From NCBI GenBank assembly GCA_013239625.1, contig MU054026.1, positions 558,001-622,000 on the forward strand: a DNA stretch of 64,000 nt. The letters run 5' to 3'. Numbering within the stretch: the first letter of the stretch is position 1; each line of letters begins with the position of its first letter. Under the pieces are notes generated by a model. The model did not search any database and had not been told where the DNA came from. It saw only the letters and a program-made list of their open reading frames with translations. The translations under genes were made by a program, and so were the position numbers. Positions 12,741 through 25,475 of this stretch are shown one piece after another. Origin of the DNA: Lama guanicoe (Eukaryota).

Positions 12741-14747
12741 TATAAACTGACACTTTTTGAGAACTTAAATTGTACAAGCAATTTTTCCAAAACAAACAAA
12801 TATCATTTGGAGACAGTCTAAAATTAACTTGCATCCCCAATATGTGAGGGTTATAAACCACCCTTGCTCTCCATTATGCATCTGCTTAGTCTAATTTGAA
12901 GAGTTAATGTAACATAGTATTAGAATTAGAAAGTTTCAACTTTTTTCCTCAAAATTTATAGCAAACAATTTTTTTTTTGAGTTTGATGTATTATTTAAGT
13001 GATGGAAGAAGGCATTCTTTGAGTATGGGTCACAATGCCTGTTCTCTGGGATTTTTGGTATACTTAGGTAGATGGTTTTAAATTTTATGCATTATGGAAA
13101 TAATACCTCATTAAAATGCTTATTAAAAATTGCATAATTTAAAAGGACACTGAAAAGAAAGAAATGTAAATTCTATTCACCTTTAGCTGGAAAACGGATG
13201 TTTCCACCACCCTTGATCAAAATGAATTGTGGATTCAGAAACTTTGGTCTTTAACGAAGTCTTTGGGTGTCAGCTCTTTGATTTTGAAAAGATGGTTATA
13301 GCCAAAGTAATAGTAAGAGCCATGAGGTACACAGGCAATATAAGCCCTGGAAGCACATTGAAAGAACATTAGTGTGAACAGAAATACAGTTTCCTGAAGA
13401 GCTTAGGCCCAGGAAAGCCCTGGGCAGGCAGTGAAAAAGTCCTTTCAGTGGGATCAGGGAAAAAAGGGTTGTCAGAATGTTTTGGTGGGTTGGGAGGGCA
13501 TTTGGAGACTAGCATGGCCAAAGCAATTTTTGCCAGGTTGTGGAGCTTCTCTGGGACCTAAAAAAGGAGGATGACCTTTTTCTGTGTGCAGGAGGCTATG
13601 ACCACAATCCGTCTAGACTCCTTTGCTTTTCCTGCCTCTGCCCCACACTGCTTATCAAAGCTAATCCTGAACATTTGTGTGTAACTGAAATCTGATTACA
13701 ATGAACTAGGGTAGGAGATGTGGTCACCGAAGAGCTGTCATATTAGGGGTCATGTGAAAGGGAAAGAGGAGTTCCTGCTAACCTGCGGTCAGAGGAATTA
13801 TTTTTGATGATGGTTTAAAGCTATATTTAAGCCCTGACTCACTGTAGGTACAGTACAGAAGCCCTTCACTTGTAACCTCTGAGTCCTTTTTTTCTGAAAT
13901 GTCTGCAAAGCACCCAAGCATAACACTAATATCTGTGAAAGTCTGTGACAACAGCAGAGTGATTCCTGCCTCGTACCACAGGCAACTTGACCCTAAGCAG
14001 CGGGCAAGAGTTTCTGCCCACAGCATGGCAATGGTCAGAAGGGCAGAGTAAGCCATAAACAGTGAGCGTTTCTGTCATCAGGAACCAGGATGCCCTCTGG
14101 CAGCTTTCTGGTCTACCTGAGGCGCCGGGGTGGTATTAAACAACGTAAGATTAAGCTCTTGTCAGGAAAACGAATGAATTTTGAATTGATTTCAGTCTTC
14201 TGCAATGCTAGTGACATCTTTTGGCAGCTATGATTTATAGGGCCTTCATTTGGTCTATTCATGAGAAGAGCTGTTTATTTTGGTTGATGGGCAAGGTTTC
14301 AAACGTTCCCCATGGGAAATGCTGAGGGCCAACGGAATGGCTGTCTTCAAGGTTCTCTCTGCCTGTCGGGGGCAGGTCTCTTAAAAATTTGTAATTGACA
14401 ACTCAGAGGACTAATGAGGGCAAGTTGGCTCAGAAATTGTTTTGGTGACATTTGACCAGTGGAATGCTCCAGAAAACATATAAAAGTCTGCTTTTCAGCT
14501 ACAGATCATTAAGGTAAAAATTCTACTTTTTGTGCCATTTTATCTGCTTGTTTTGTTTATTTCTTTTTTTTTTAAATGGCATAACTAGTGTCTGCAGAGT
14601 GAGGCAAGAATTTTAGTCCTCCAAAATTGTGGTAGAAAAACAGTGTAATTCAAAGATTAAAAGTAGGATTTTTTTTTTTTGTCTTTAAGAATCCTACATC
14701 TCAGTACAAAATACTTTTCTAACAGAAAGCATTTGAAAGTTTACAAG

Positions 14748-15198
14748 TGTAGTGGATCCTGGGGTGGACCTCCTAGACTTCTCTTTAAGACCAAAATACT
14801 AATTTCTCCAGGTCACAAAGTGATGGCTCTTGAAAGATCAGAGAAGAGTCGCTTTCTGGAAATTGCTCTCTGATCAAGGAATTGCCTTGCCTAAGGTTAA
14901 GTGCACTCCCTGGGCCAGTTTGCATTGAATGGCTGGCCAAGGTAAGGTAGAGAGGTCGCTTTCTTCAATTTAGAACATCGCTATTGGGCTGTCCCATCTC
15001 CAGATCTCCCCATGTGGTCAGCAAAAGACTTTGTTGCAAACGCATCATGATTCAACTGTTCTCTTTGCCCAATCCCGTTTTCCTCATGGGCATCATTCCT
15101 GAGACCACTCTTCAATCAACTTCCTGGATACAAATCTCAAACAGATTTTAACTTGAATTGTGGATTCCATCTGTTTCCCAGGGATCTCAGCCTAATGG
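14748..15198 (+). mobile_element. ERVL solo LTR (LTR16C-like)
   Basis: tgtagtggatcctgggg...ggaaattgctctc...ccatctccagatctccccatg...caactgttctctttgcccaatcc...tctgtttcccaggg follows the LTR16C consensus order. Confidence 0.75.
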
Positions 15199-15451
15199 AA
15201 GAAGAGTATTGGGCTGGCTATAAATAGATCAGGAATGAGAAAGGGAAGGACATTGAGGATATCTTGGAGTTTCCAAACCTGGGGATCTGGGAAGATGATG
15301 ATGCTTTAGGCTAAAGGGAATCCCCTTTTCATCACCTGTTGAGCTGTATAGCTCAAGCAGATTGCACAAGAAACTAGCCCCATGTCATCTTTAGCAAGAG
15401 TGAAATAGCAGGGGGTGCCTGGCTGCTAGCATTTCGGAGGTAGATTCAACG

Positions 15452-16112
15452 TGATGCAGGAAAAATGGGTGTGGGGCATGCGGAGGGCCATGTCCCAGGC
15501 CTCGGCTGAGCCCCTGGGATGTGACCTGGCAAGTGTGGGTCCTGGGCTTCCCACAGGAAAGAATTCAAGAACAAGCCACAGTTGAGTAAAGGTAGGCTTA
15601 TTTAGGGAGATATATAGTGCATAGAGTGTAGGCTATTTCAGAGGGTGAGAGAAAGGCCCCGAGGTGTGGGGGTTGGGGGCTCAGATTAGAGTAAAAGTAG
15701 ATACACACTCCAGAGACAGAGTGCGGGTGGTCTCCAAAGAGGAGGGAGCAGAAAGGTGGCCGTGATGCCCCATGTTGCCAGTTTTTATGGGCTCATTGGC
15801 TTTATATGCTAATAAGTGGAAGGACCAGTCTAACTAGCCTGGGGCAGAGGCTTGGATTCCCAGGAAGTTGGCCGTTTCCCACTCTTTGACCTTTTGTGGC
15901 TAGCCTTGGGACTGCCATGGCACCTGTGGGCGTGTTATTCACCATGTTGATATATTACGATGGGTGTATAATGAAGCTCAAGTTCTACTAGAAGTCAAAT
16001 CTCCCATCAATTTGAGCCTCAAGGCCTCCTGGGGGTTGAATCTTCTGCCATTCTGGTGTTAACTGCTGTGTCATTCATTGAATGGCTGTGCCCTGCCCCT
16101 CTTCCTGTCTCA
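15452..16112 (-). mobile_element. ERV1-type solo LTR (lineage-specific)
   Basis: TG...CA termini (TGAGACAGG on the minus strand); minus-strand TATAAA at 15801-15806 and CCAAT at 15796-15800; shares 'aagctcaagttctactagaagtca' with the LTR at 20.3-20.8 kb; TSD not exact. Confidence 0.8.
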
Positions 16113-16130
16113 AATCTGTGATAATTAATA

Positions 16131-17285
16131 AAGGAGATTGGCCAAGATGGTGGAGTAAAAAGACCCTGAGCTCGACTCCTCTCATAGACACATAACACAT
16201 CAAGATCACAACTATTTGCAGAAATTAAAAAATAAAGACCAGAACCTACTGGAAAAGATCTTCTACATCTAAAGATATAAAGAAGGAACCACAATGAGAT
16301 GGCTAGGAGGGACAGGCTCATAATATAGTCACATCCCATTCCCTTGGCAACCCACAGTTAACTCTAATTCCAAAGGTTCTCCCAGAGGAGTGAGTGATCC
16401 AAGCCCCACATCAGGCTCCCAGCCTGGCGGTCCTGCACCAGGAAGATCAGCCCCCATGCAGCGTCTGGCTCTGAAGGCCAGCAGGGCTTACTTTTGGGAG
16501 TCCCAGCAGGCTGGTGGAAATAGACTTGACTCTTAAAGAGTGTGCACAAAATATCACACATGCCAGGACCCGGGGCAGAAGCAATAATTTGATAAGAGCC
16601 TGGGTCGGATCTGCCTGCTCATCTTGGAGAGTCTCCTGGAGAGGCAGGGGGCAACTGCAGCTCACACAGGGGACACAGACACTGGCAGCAGCCATTCTGG
16701 AGAGCTTGTTCTACCTTGTGGACACTGGTGCTGGCCAGCACCATTTTGGATTCCTCTCTCTAGCCTATTAGTCCCAGAGCCTAGCCCTACCCTGGCAACA
16801 GCAGAAGTACTGGGATAACTCAGGCCAAGCAACCAACTGGGCAGGGACATAGCTTCTCCTACCAGTAGGCAGGCACCAGATCCAGAATCCCCTGGGCCCT
16901 GGTCCTACTTTCCAGGGAGCTTGCCTCAGCCTCCAGACCAGCCTCACCCACCAGGGGACAGACACCAGATACAAGAAAAGCATAGTCCCACAGCCTTTGG
17001 ACCTGGCTTACCCTCAAGTAAGCCTGGCCCTGACCTGGGACCAGCTGGACCCCAGCCCTGCCCACTAGCAGGGGACACCCTGGTTCCCATGCTCAACTGT
17101 GTTAGGAACTGGCCTTACCCACCAGCAATCCAACACCAGCTCTGGGACCACTAAATACTGCCACCAGATTCTAGGACCCAGTTCTTCCTGCCAGAAATCA
17201 GGTACTAACTTCAGGACCTGGCTTCACCCACCAGTGGATGGACAATAGCCCTGGACCCTAACTCCACCCATCAGTGACAGTAGCT
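16131..17285 (+). mobile_element. Orphan L1 5'UTR (internal promoter region) with no ORF1 or ORF2 following
   Basis: Starts ggagattggccAAGATGGtggagtaaaaagaccctgagctc (YY1-type L1 start), GC-rich with internal ccaccag repeats typical of cetartiodactyl L1 5'UTRs; preceded by A-rich aattaataaa. Confidence 0.75.
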
Positions 17286-17715
17286 TACTTAAGTGAACAA
17301 GATAAGATTTTTTTTTCTTCTTTCCTGAGAGCTTTACTGTCAGAGGATGGCAAGAAAAAGAAGCTGGATATGTAGTACTAAAAGGACAGAGGAGAAAGGC
17401 TCAAAGGTGTGAATCAAAAACTAAATGGGGTGTGGCGAGTGGGGCAAGAGAAAAGAAGGTTTCAGAGACCAATCATAACCAGCTCACAACCTTACCCAAC
17501 TCGCCAACTACAGTCCAAAGCCCTGGACTTGAATCAAATAGGCCTACTTGAAAAGCATTTTAATTGCTCCTTTCCTTGATCTTGAGACTTTGCATAGGCT
17601 TCCATGCTTGGGACAGCTGATGTTTCCTGCTATTAAATTGCTCTGTGTTCATCTTCATCTTCCTTAAGTCTTTCCCTAGGTTAGTCAACTTGAATCTATA
17701 CCAACGAACTGTGAT

Positions 17716-18220
17716 TGAAGAGGCAAAACCCACGAAGGGACCAGCAAGACTTCCCAGGTAGGGCCATTGCCTTCCTGCTTTTGCACTTCTGTAAAATGGC
17801 TTACTTCTAGGAAAATGAAACTTACCCCTAAAATTCCATTCGTTCCCCAAAGCTGATTCCTGTTTGGTCCATTTCTAACACCTAATTTGCATTTACCCTT
17901 AAAATTCCATTAGTTTCCAAAAGCTCACTCCTGATTGGTCCATTTCTAACACCTCATTTGCATATGATACAAATCAAATCTATAAAAGCCTATGTAAACC
18001 TACAGCTGGGGTCCAGAGCTTGGTGTATTCTGATTGGTCCATTTCTAGCACCTCATTTGCATATGATATAAACCAAATCTATAAAAGCCTATGTAAACCT
18101 ACAGCTGGGGTCCAGAGCTTGGTGTATTAACTCCTCTGGGCCCACCGACATAATGAACCTGAGTTCTCCAACCCTCTGAGTGTTGCTTGGTCTCTTGACG
18201 GGATTCAGGTTGCTGTAACA
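17716..18220 (+). mobile_element. ERV1-type solo LTR with internal tandem duplications
   Basis: TG...CA termini, perfect 4-bp TSD TGAT (17712-17715 and 18221-18224), TATAAAA at 17981 and 18080, degenerate polyA signal AATGAA at 18152. Confidence 0.9.
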
Positions 18221-18919
18221 TGATAAAGGACAGCCTCCCCTCTTTAGGTTTTGACCTAAGTAAACAAGTTAACTGAATTCTTTCTGTAGTCAGATAGGGG
18301 CTATGATTGATGCTATGAGCACCTCTGTTTCCCAAATCTCCCTCCTGCCAGCTGCTGTAATTGACATTCTCTGGGATGGAGAAAGTAGTTTTATGTCTAA
18401 GGAGGTGGGCTCACAAATGGGTTGTGACTGGATGTGACATGTGTTGAAACTGTGTTATCACTAGGAATAACAATGCATTGGAGTTTACCAGTGATTTGCT
18501 TTGTAACAAATTACACGAGGCTCTCAGTCATATTTTCAAAAGCACTATCCCACACACTCTAACAAAAACATGGCTTGGGCCCCAGGAACAGTTCAAATGC
18601 CCGAGACAGTCATATGAGGATGAATACACTCAAATAGGTGCAGACAGAGAAGATTTGAAAACCATAGGATTAAAATACTGTGCTGTTGAAATGCCATGAT
18701 GTCTCTTGGGGAGAGTCCATCTGGACGTGGGTGTCAGCAACCTTCATTGGTTAGAATGACGAAGTTGAGACACCTCTCCTGGTGCCAAACAGGGCCCATG
18801 GTGGGAGGAATCTGCCCTGTTCACCAAGTGGTCCCTCACAGCAACTTTTCGTTAGGATAGTTAGGAGCAATAAGGAGAGAATCTTTATGAGCAGCTTGGT
18901 CAAGGTTTTTCAAGCTAAT

Positions 18920-19035
18920 ATGCATGTGAATCATGTATGCATCTTAATGATTTTGGATGTCTGGGTGGGGCCCAAAAGTCTACCTTACTAAGAAGCTCCC
19001 AGGTGATTCTAATCCTGCTGAACCATAAGCCACAG
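18920..19035. mobile_element. MER5-like hAT-Charlie fragment
   Basis: gtctgggtggggcccaaaa...agctcccaggtgattctaat is the MER5 hallmark text. Confidence 0.55.
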
Positions 19036-20291
19036 GTTACCAGCTACAAGCCCAACAAGTAATGAAGTAACTAATAGGAGGAGTCTTGTTCTCTTTGGAA
19101 GGCATCTTGGAAATCGCTGGGTCACTCTATCGCATTCACATAAACTGGTTGACCAGATTTCTCAGCTGTTCTCTCTTCCTGGTCTAAATTCTCAGGAAGT
19201 GGCACCCAGACAACTGATGAGAAGAAAGAGATCATTCCCAAATACGAGACAAACGCATAAGGAGAAAAAAACCCACTGATTTAGGGGTCTTAAAACCCGG
19301 TTCTAGTCCCAGTTCTGGTTGACCAAAAGGCCAACACTTAACTTGAGCTGCACTGGAAGGGACAGTGGCAGCCCAGCTTGCCTCCTGTGAGCAGGAATCA
19401 GATAGTGGAGGGGACAGAGCTAAACAAGTGTGACGTGTTCTCATGAATGTTTTGAGACGAAGTTTATTTAAGAGTGAACTAGATGGGATGCAGGGGTGGA
19501 AAGTCCTAAGGAAGATGGTGGGATGGGGTGGGCCATCTGAAATTTCTTTTTGTGTCCTCCTGATTCCCATGAGTTTTTCTGTAGGATGAGTGCTTTGTGC
19601 AGACAGTGGGAGGTGTGATCGATGAATGCATTCAGGTCTTCCACGCCATCCTTCAGAGAGGGTGACAGGAAAACAAATGGGGTTTATTTTCTCCAGCTCA
19701 GTAGCCTGTTTACATAACATGCAGGAAGGAAAAATGCAAAGGAAAAAAAATATGAAGTAGGTCAGAATATGCTAAAATAAATCAGGGGAGAAAATGAGAC
19801 AGTGTTATTCTATTCTCTTTAGAAAATGCTGTTAAATTAGACCTGCCAAAGACCACATGATCAGTACTGTAAACAGTTGTTTTTTTCCAGCTACCAAGGA
19901 CTTTGATTTTTAGATAAAGACTGAATAAATATATAGGCCCAATAGGGCAAGACATGTGTTGTGTTAGTTTTTCGGGGGCAAGAGTGCCTATATGTCTTTA
20001 GCCAAGCCACGTCCTTGGTAAAATATATCGGCAACTGTTTCCATCAGCCTCATTTCTATAACTCCTTCTCCCTTTCTTCACACCATTTTATAGGTGCCTA
20101 TTTCTCTTTGTTTAAATTAATTCACACTAAGATGTTAATGACTGACATGTACCTTTCCTAGCAGTGTTTGTTTGTCTTACTTCCTAAAATTGCAAAGCAA
20201 TTAGTCCTGCTATATTCTGAGCTGATTAATACTTACCCCAAAGCACTGTGGGCAGACTATCAGGTGCTGTGTTCTATGGGTATGTTGATTC

Positions 20292-20819
20292 TGTTACTGA
20301 ATTGGTCACATGAACTCCCCCGTGGGCCCCAGCCCAGCTGAAAACCCCTGCCTTGGCATGGAAGGTTTTCTTCTAGCTTGGATTCACACAGCTGATAACA
20401 AAACAGCCCCAACTTTATTCAATGGCCAGAGAATGGAGGCATGAGACTTAGCTCACAAATCAACTTCTCAACCCAACTCAAGCTGAGACACCGTGTATGT
20501 ATAGGAGGGCCAAGGTGTAAGGTAGGGAATTGAGAAAAGAGAGGGAAGGATATTTATGACTTATTTGAGAATAAGGGCGTGGTTTGCTCCGAACGGAGGC
20601 AGCACACCTTTTCAGTTCTTGTATGGGATGTTCTGGGTGTTGCCATGACAGTTGTGAACTGTCACAATGCTCGTTCATGATGAGGCTCAAGGTCTACTGG
20701 AAGTCAGGTCTTCCACCATCTTGGGGCTAGTCGGTTCTAACCAGTTCTTTTTCTCTTTGTGGCTTTCTCCTTCTGTAGTTAAGCCTGAAACTCAGATAAG
20801 AGCAGTTAGTCTCCATTCA
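20292..20819 (-). mobile_element. ERV1-type solo LTR
   Basis: TGTTACTGAA...CA termini, minus-strand AATAAA at 20413-20418, and a U3 motif shared with the 15452-16112 LTR (gaggctcaaggtctactggaagtca). Confidence 0.7.
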
Positions 20820-23254
20820 ATAGATGAGCAGTGCTGTGATTCTGGGGCAACAGCCTGTAACAATTCTGCTGGTCTGAGAGTCCTTCCTACCCAGCACTCT
20901 AAAACCGCAGCTTGTACCCTTCAACGGAATAGGCGCTCTTAGCTTCACACGCAAAAGCAAAGCCCTACCTGCCTTTTTCAAGAACCACAAAAGAGTATGC
21001 TACGTAAAACCCTTGGACTTCATATTCTAAAGGCAGTTCTCTTGTATAAGGTCAGAATCTTCCCACCAATTGTCCTTTTATCTGCCTGCATGTTTCCCCC
21101 TGACATCAGGAATCCTGACAACTGAACACGTGGGCAAGAATCCCATCAGACTCAGAGTCTACATTCCAATCGAGAAGAGGTGATAGCAGAGTGAGGTATA
21201 ACACAATACACCAAAAACAGTATTTCCTGAAAAATGAGATGGTCAGGAAGTAGTACATTCAATACTGTGTTTCCCTGCTGAGTTTATTTTTAGTCTTTGC
21301 CCCATTTCCCTGGAAATGAATGAAGGTGACATTATGAGGATTTCCTCACGTTGAATCTAAAGGCTTTGGGCTAGAGTTGGGTAGGATCAGACTTAAACCT
21401 TCCTGAGGAGGCTGGGAAAGGAAAGACAGGAACTTTAATATCGACTGGGGCTAAGGGACCCCTCTGGGGTTAGGTATTAAGAATAGAGTTCAGTGGGCTA
21501 AATTTCATTTTCGTAGATGAGCAAGCAGAAATTAAATCATCAGTGGGAACAACACAGAGGTTAACCATAGAATCAAATATGCCTTGAAGGCCCCTTTATT
21601 GCTCTGAGGATTGTTACAACCCAGTAACGGGACAGCTCAGCTGGAAGCATCTTAAGAGACAAGTGGTTTCCTCTGGAGGGATTTGTCCTTGCCCCTGCAG
21701 TCATGAGAAGCAGAAGGATGGTCCCTCCTGGAAGATTCATCTCTTGACTTCGTTTCTTGTAGGTGTGAACATGACTCATTGGTGAGACTTAGAGTCGAGT
21801 GGCAATGGCTCAATTGTCCTTTAGAAGAGCCATGCACTATGTTACCATTCCCGATAGATGTCTTGAGCCATTTTAGCTTTTAAAAAATATTTTCCTTCCA
21901 AAGACATTTCTTTGTAAATAAAGAGCTATGAGTCATTCTGCTTTATTATTCTTTCCTCTGAGGGAAGACTCTGGGAGATAAACAACACTCAGATAAATAA
22001 GGCTTAGAGAGTGTGGGCCAAGGCTTCTATTGATTCACAATATATTTATCTCTCTCTTCCTCTCAAATAAAGAAATAATGATAGTAATTATTTTTAAAAA
22101 TGATTCTCTTTTTTAATCATTTAAAATTGCTATTTCCCACTCGAGTCAAATCATAATTGTTTTTATGGCCCTGTTGTAATTTGTGGGGAGGAGGAAGAAG
22201 GAATAAACAGCTGAGAAAATGTACTCACTCACTCCCTGGGCAGCATGTCCAAGACAGAGCAGATATGCAGTAGCTTACCTACCGAAACTTCTTCAACTCT
22301 CATTCTGGATTTTATATGAAGATCTGTGGACAGATAATTTGAATCTGCTGAGTATGTTAAACGCAGTGGAAGGAGAGTGTTTGGGAAATAGATACTTTAG
22401 ACTAACACCTTGGAAGACAACTGTATGGGCTGGTATTGAATTTGGTGTTTGGATGGGGCAAGAGGGCTGGACTGGGGTAGGAGGATCTTATGTTTTGCCA
22501 CTTCTTATCTATGTGTATATTTAGGAGGCAAGTCACCTAATTTCTTGGTATTTCCTAAATCTTTCAACAAATTATTATAATTCCTAATTTCTCTATCTCA
22601 TTGTAGTTCTGTTTATCTTAAATGATATATATATATATATACATTCCAAGTAAAAATTGCTGTGAAATGTGTAGACTTGGGGACATGGGTAACTTTGGAT
22701 TGGAGCATTCTGCGAAGTCAGTGCTGGTCCCAAATGTCTTCACACTTCCCAGTTTCTTTAAGTGGGGGACAAAGCCAACCAACCCTGGCATATCTTTCTG
22801 AAAAACTTTGGAATTAACATTTATTTGACTACAAGAAGAAAGAAAGGAGTCATCTAAAGTTGAAAGTAACTTTTGAGAGAATTAATTTAATGCACAACAC
22901 CTAGCATACTGTTTTAGACTTAGTGTTTAAAAGTATTTGCAGAGATAAGTTGAAATTCCTGCTAAAGAAAAATGTTGTTTAAGAGGTGTGATATTCTGAG
23001 CCATTATTAGCCATTAGACTGATCATTTATTTTATCAGATAAATTCAAAATATTTAGGAAGGGGTGCATGAGGCTCAGGGCACCAGAGAATAAGAAACAA
23101 AGTAGGCTGGGGACAGTAAAGAAAGACCTAGCTGGGGATGTGGATGAGAATGGGGCAGGGAGATGGCACTCACCAGAACATGGGAACTTGCTGGAAAGAA
23201 GGAAGATAAAGGAAAAGAGAGGGGTCCATCAGAGGAACATAAATTGCATTAGAT

Positions 23255-23540
23255 TGTACTATTGTTCCAAATGATTTTCTCCTTCCCCCTCCCCAGTGAG
23301 CAAATTACAATTTCTTACTCCATTGCCTTTTTCATATGACTTAACTTTGGCCAATGAAATGTGAATGGAAGTGATATATTTCACTTCTAAGCAATCTTCA
23401 AAGATCACATGAGATTTCTCTGTTGGCCTTTTCTCTTTGACATAAGCCTAGCAAGTTCCATGTGAGTCCTTCCACGTCAGACTGATCTCAGGATGAATAA
23501 GAACACAGAGCTGCAGCTACCCAGCAAAAGCTTAATAGCA
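23255..23540 (+). mobile_element. MaLR LTR relic (MLT1I/J-like)
   Basis: atgacttaactttggccaatgaaatgtgaatggaagtgatatatttcacttct is the MLT1 core motif. Confidence 0.65.
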
Positions 23541-23781
23541 TTCAAAAATTTAGATTTTTTTTCCTTGGAGAAAAATTGATGTCACGCATCACCCCTTGGT
23601 CTAAATAAATTTGTTTTTACAAAGATGGAACCATAGATACACATGGCATTTTCTAACTTCCAGAGATACTCTGGAGTGACTTGTATTAAAAAATATGTAA
23701 ATCAAAATAAGAAATATGAAAGAGTGGACTGTGTATCTACACTTAAAGAAAGACATTTTTTCATGAATTAAGAAAACTTCT

Positions 23782-23915
23782 GTGGGGAGGTTATAGCTCA
23801 TGTGGTGGAGCACATGCTTATCACACATCAGGTCCTGGGTTCAATCCCCAGTACCTCCTCCAAACATAAATGAATGAATAAACCTAATTACCTCCCCCTC
23901 ATAACACAAAAAAGA
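23782..23915 (+). mobile_element. tRNA-Ala-derived camelid SINE (vic-1 type)
   Basis: ggggaggttatagctcatgtgg (A box) ... ggttcaatccc (B box) ... aataaacctaattacctcccc, then an A-rich tail; degenerate TSD aaaacttct/aaaatttct. Confidence 0.85.
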
Positions 23916-24551
23916 AAGAAAAAAATTTCTTTTGAAAATATTCTACTTTAAGTTTTAGACTACATGGAAAATAAATTATTGTCCAATAGGTTGTGAAATG
24001 AAAAGTAATCAAAGTGGTCAATGATTGGGCAGTGATGGATCATGTCTTATATCTGAATAATTCTGAATTTTAGGAATGGTTGGGGAAAACTTCCTGTTTT
24101 TTGAACCAGAGTTTCATTATGTTTTTGTCATTTTGAGAACAGCAAATGTTGTCTCCCTCAAGCAGAAGTTTAACAATGTGCACACCTAAATCTTTCACCA
24201 GAAATCAGAAAAGTGGCTGGGACTGGGGAGCTTGCCTTAAGGCAAGTAGTGGAAGGGGGGCCATTTAGTACCATTCCGAATCCAAATAGTTGTCCGGACC
24301 CTATCCATCCAAGTGTCCTTGGATACTGGAGATAGTTTCTGGGCCAGTAGTAAGAACAGTATCATTCAAACTATCCCAAGTGATCTCTGACTGTGTCGCC
24401 ATTAGTACAGAATTATATTTTTTTTTTATGTTCTCTGTTCACTTTAACTAATATCGACCAGGAGAAATAAAGCTTCTTGGTAGAATTTAGTAATAATCAT
24501 ACAATTATAATTCTAATGGCTAATATTTACAAAGCACTTTCCAAGGGCCAA

Positions 24552-25060
24552 TGTATCATCCAGGATTCTTTGGTTACAAGTGACAGAAAACTCAACCTAT
24601 TTCCCCGGGCACAGAGGGAAGTTTGCTGCATTATGTGGTCAAACATGAGTGAATCAGAGAGTAGGTGACTTTGAAAACCATTCAGACCAAAGGCTGGAAG
24701 TCCACTGGCACTCTCTGCTTCTATTTCTGCTCTCTCTCTATTGTCTCCATTTTCCCTCCTGGCTTCTTCCACAGGCTGTTTGTGGATCATATCTTTCTAG
24801 TTAGTGATTAACAATTATGAGTTTGCCTGAGATTTCCCCCATTTTAGTGCTGAAAGTCCTGCCTCTGGCAAACCCCTCAATTCCAGAAAAACCTGGACAG
24901 TTGGTCACCAGAGTGAACAAGGGCTCTTTCCTCAAGCTCAGTTCAAAAAATACTCTGATTTGGTCTTGATTGAGTCCTGTGTCCACCCTTGAGGACCAGT
25001 CACTGTTGCTAGACAGTGAGGTACTCTGACTAAACCAGCTTAGACCAGGTACCACTGAGG
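24552..25060 (-). mobile_element. MaLR LTR relic (MLT1K/L-like) interrupted by MER81
   Basis: tgtatcatccaggattctttggttacaagtgacagaaaactcaacc is the antisense MLT1 3' end; right boundary approximate. Confidence 0.55.
24799..24912 (+). mobile_element. MER81-like hAT-Blackjack MITE
   Basis: gtttgcctgagatttccccattttagtgctgaaagtcc...aaacccctcaattcc...ggacagttggtcacc follows the ~114-bp MER81 consensus. Confidence 0.75.
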
Positions 25061-25475
25061 GGCACGGATCTCTGAGACAAGGGAGGCCGACAGGGTGACA
25101 TGATGGCGCAGTCCATCCTGACACTTGCCAGGGCACAAGTGTGGGCAAAACTAACGTTCACTGTTGGTCAGGGCTAGACACAGTGCTGACCACCACATCT
25201 AAGTTAGTTCTCACCCATCCTGTGAAGGCAGTACCCCCATTATCCCAGTTTTACAGAAGGAAAGCTGAGTCTTCAGGAAGGGCTGAGTCTTCAGGAAGCA
25301 ATGAGACCCCCAAGTGAAATCTAAAATGCCCTCATAGCTCATTTATTTGCCTCATTCTTTTAAGACCTAAGTTCTAGTTTTATTGTTCTGTTTGTTTTGA
25401 ATATTGTTATTGGGAGCTCCATCCCCTGCTCATCTCTTTCCTTCTTGAATTCCTGTGATACTAATTCTTATTTTT

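Noticed and set aside
17822..18128. Tandem repeats as a CRISPR-like or satellite array
   Set aside because: They are head-to-tail duplications without spacers inside a TSD-flanked LTR.
15452..20819. LTRs at 15452-16112 and 20292-20819 as a 5.4-kb provirus
   Set aside because: They share only short motifs, and the interval contains an L1 5'UTR, another LTR, MER5 and unique DNA with no gag/pol/env remnant.
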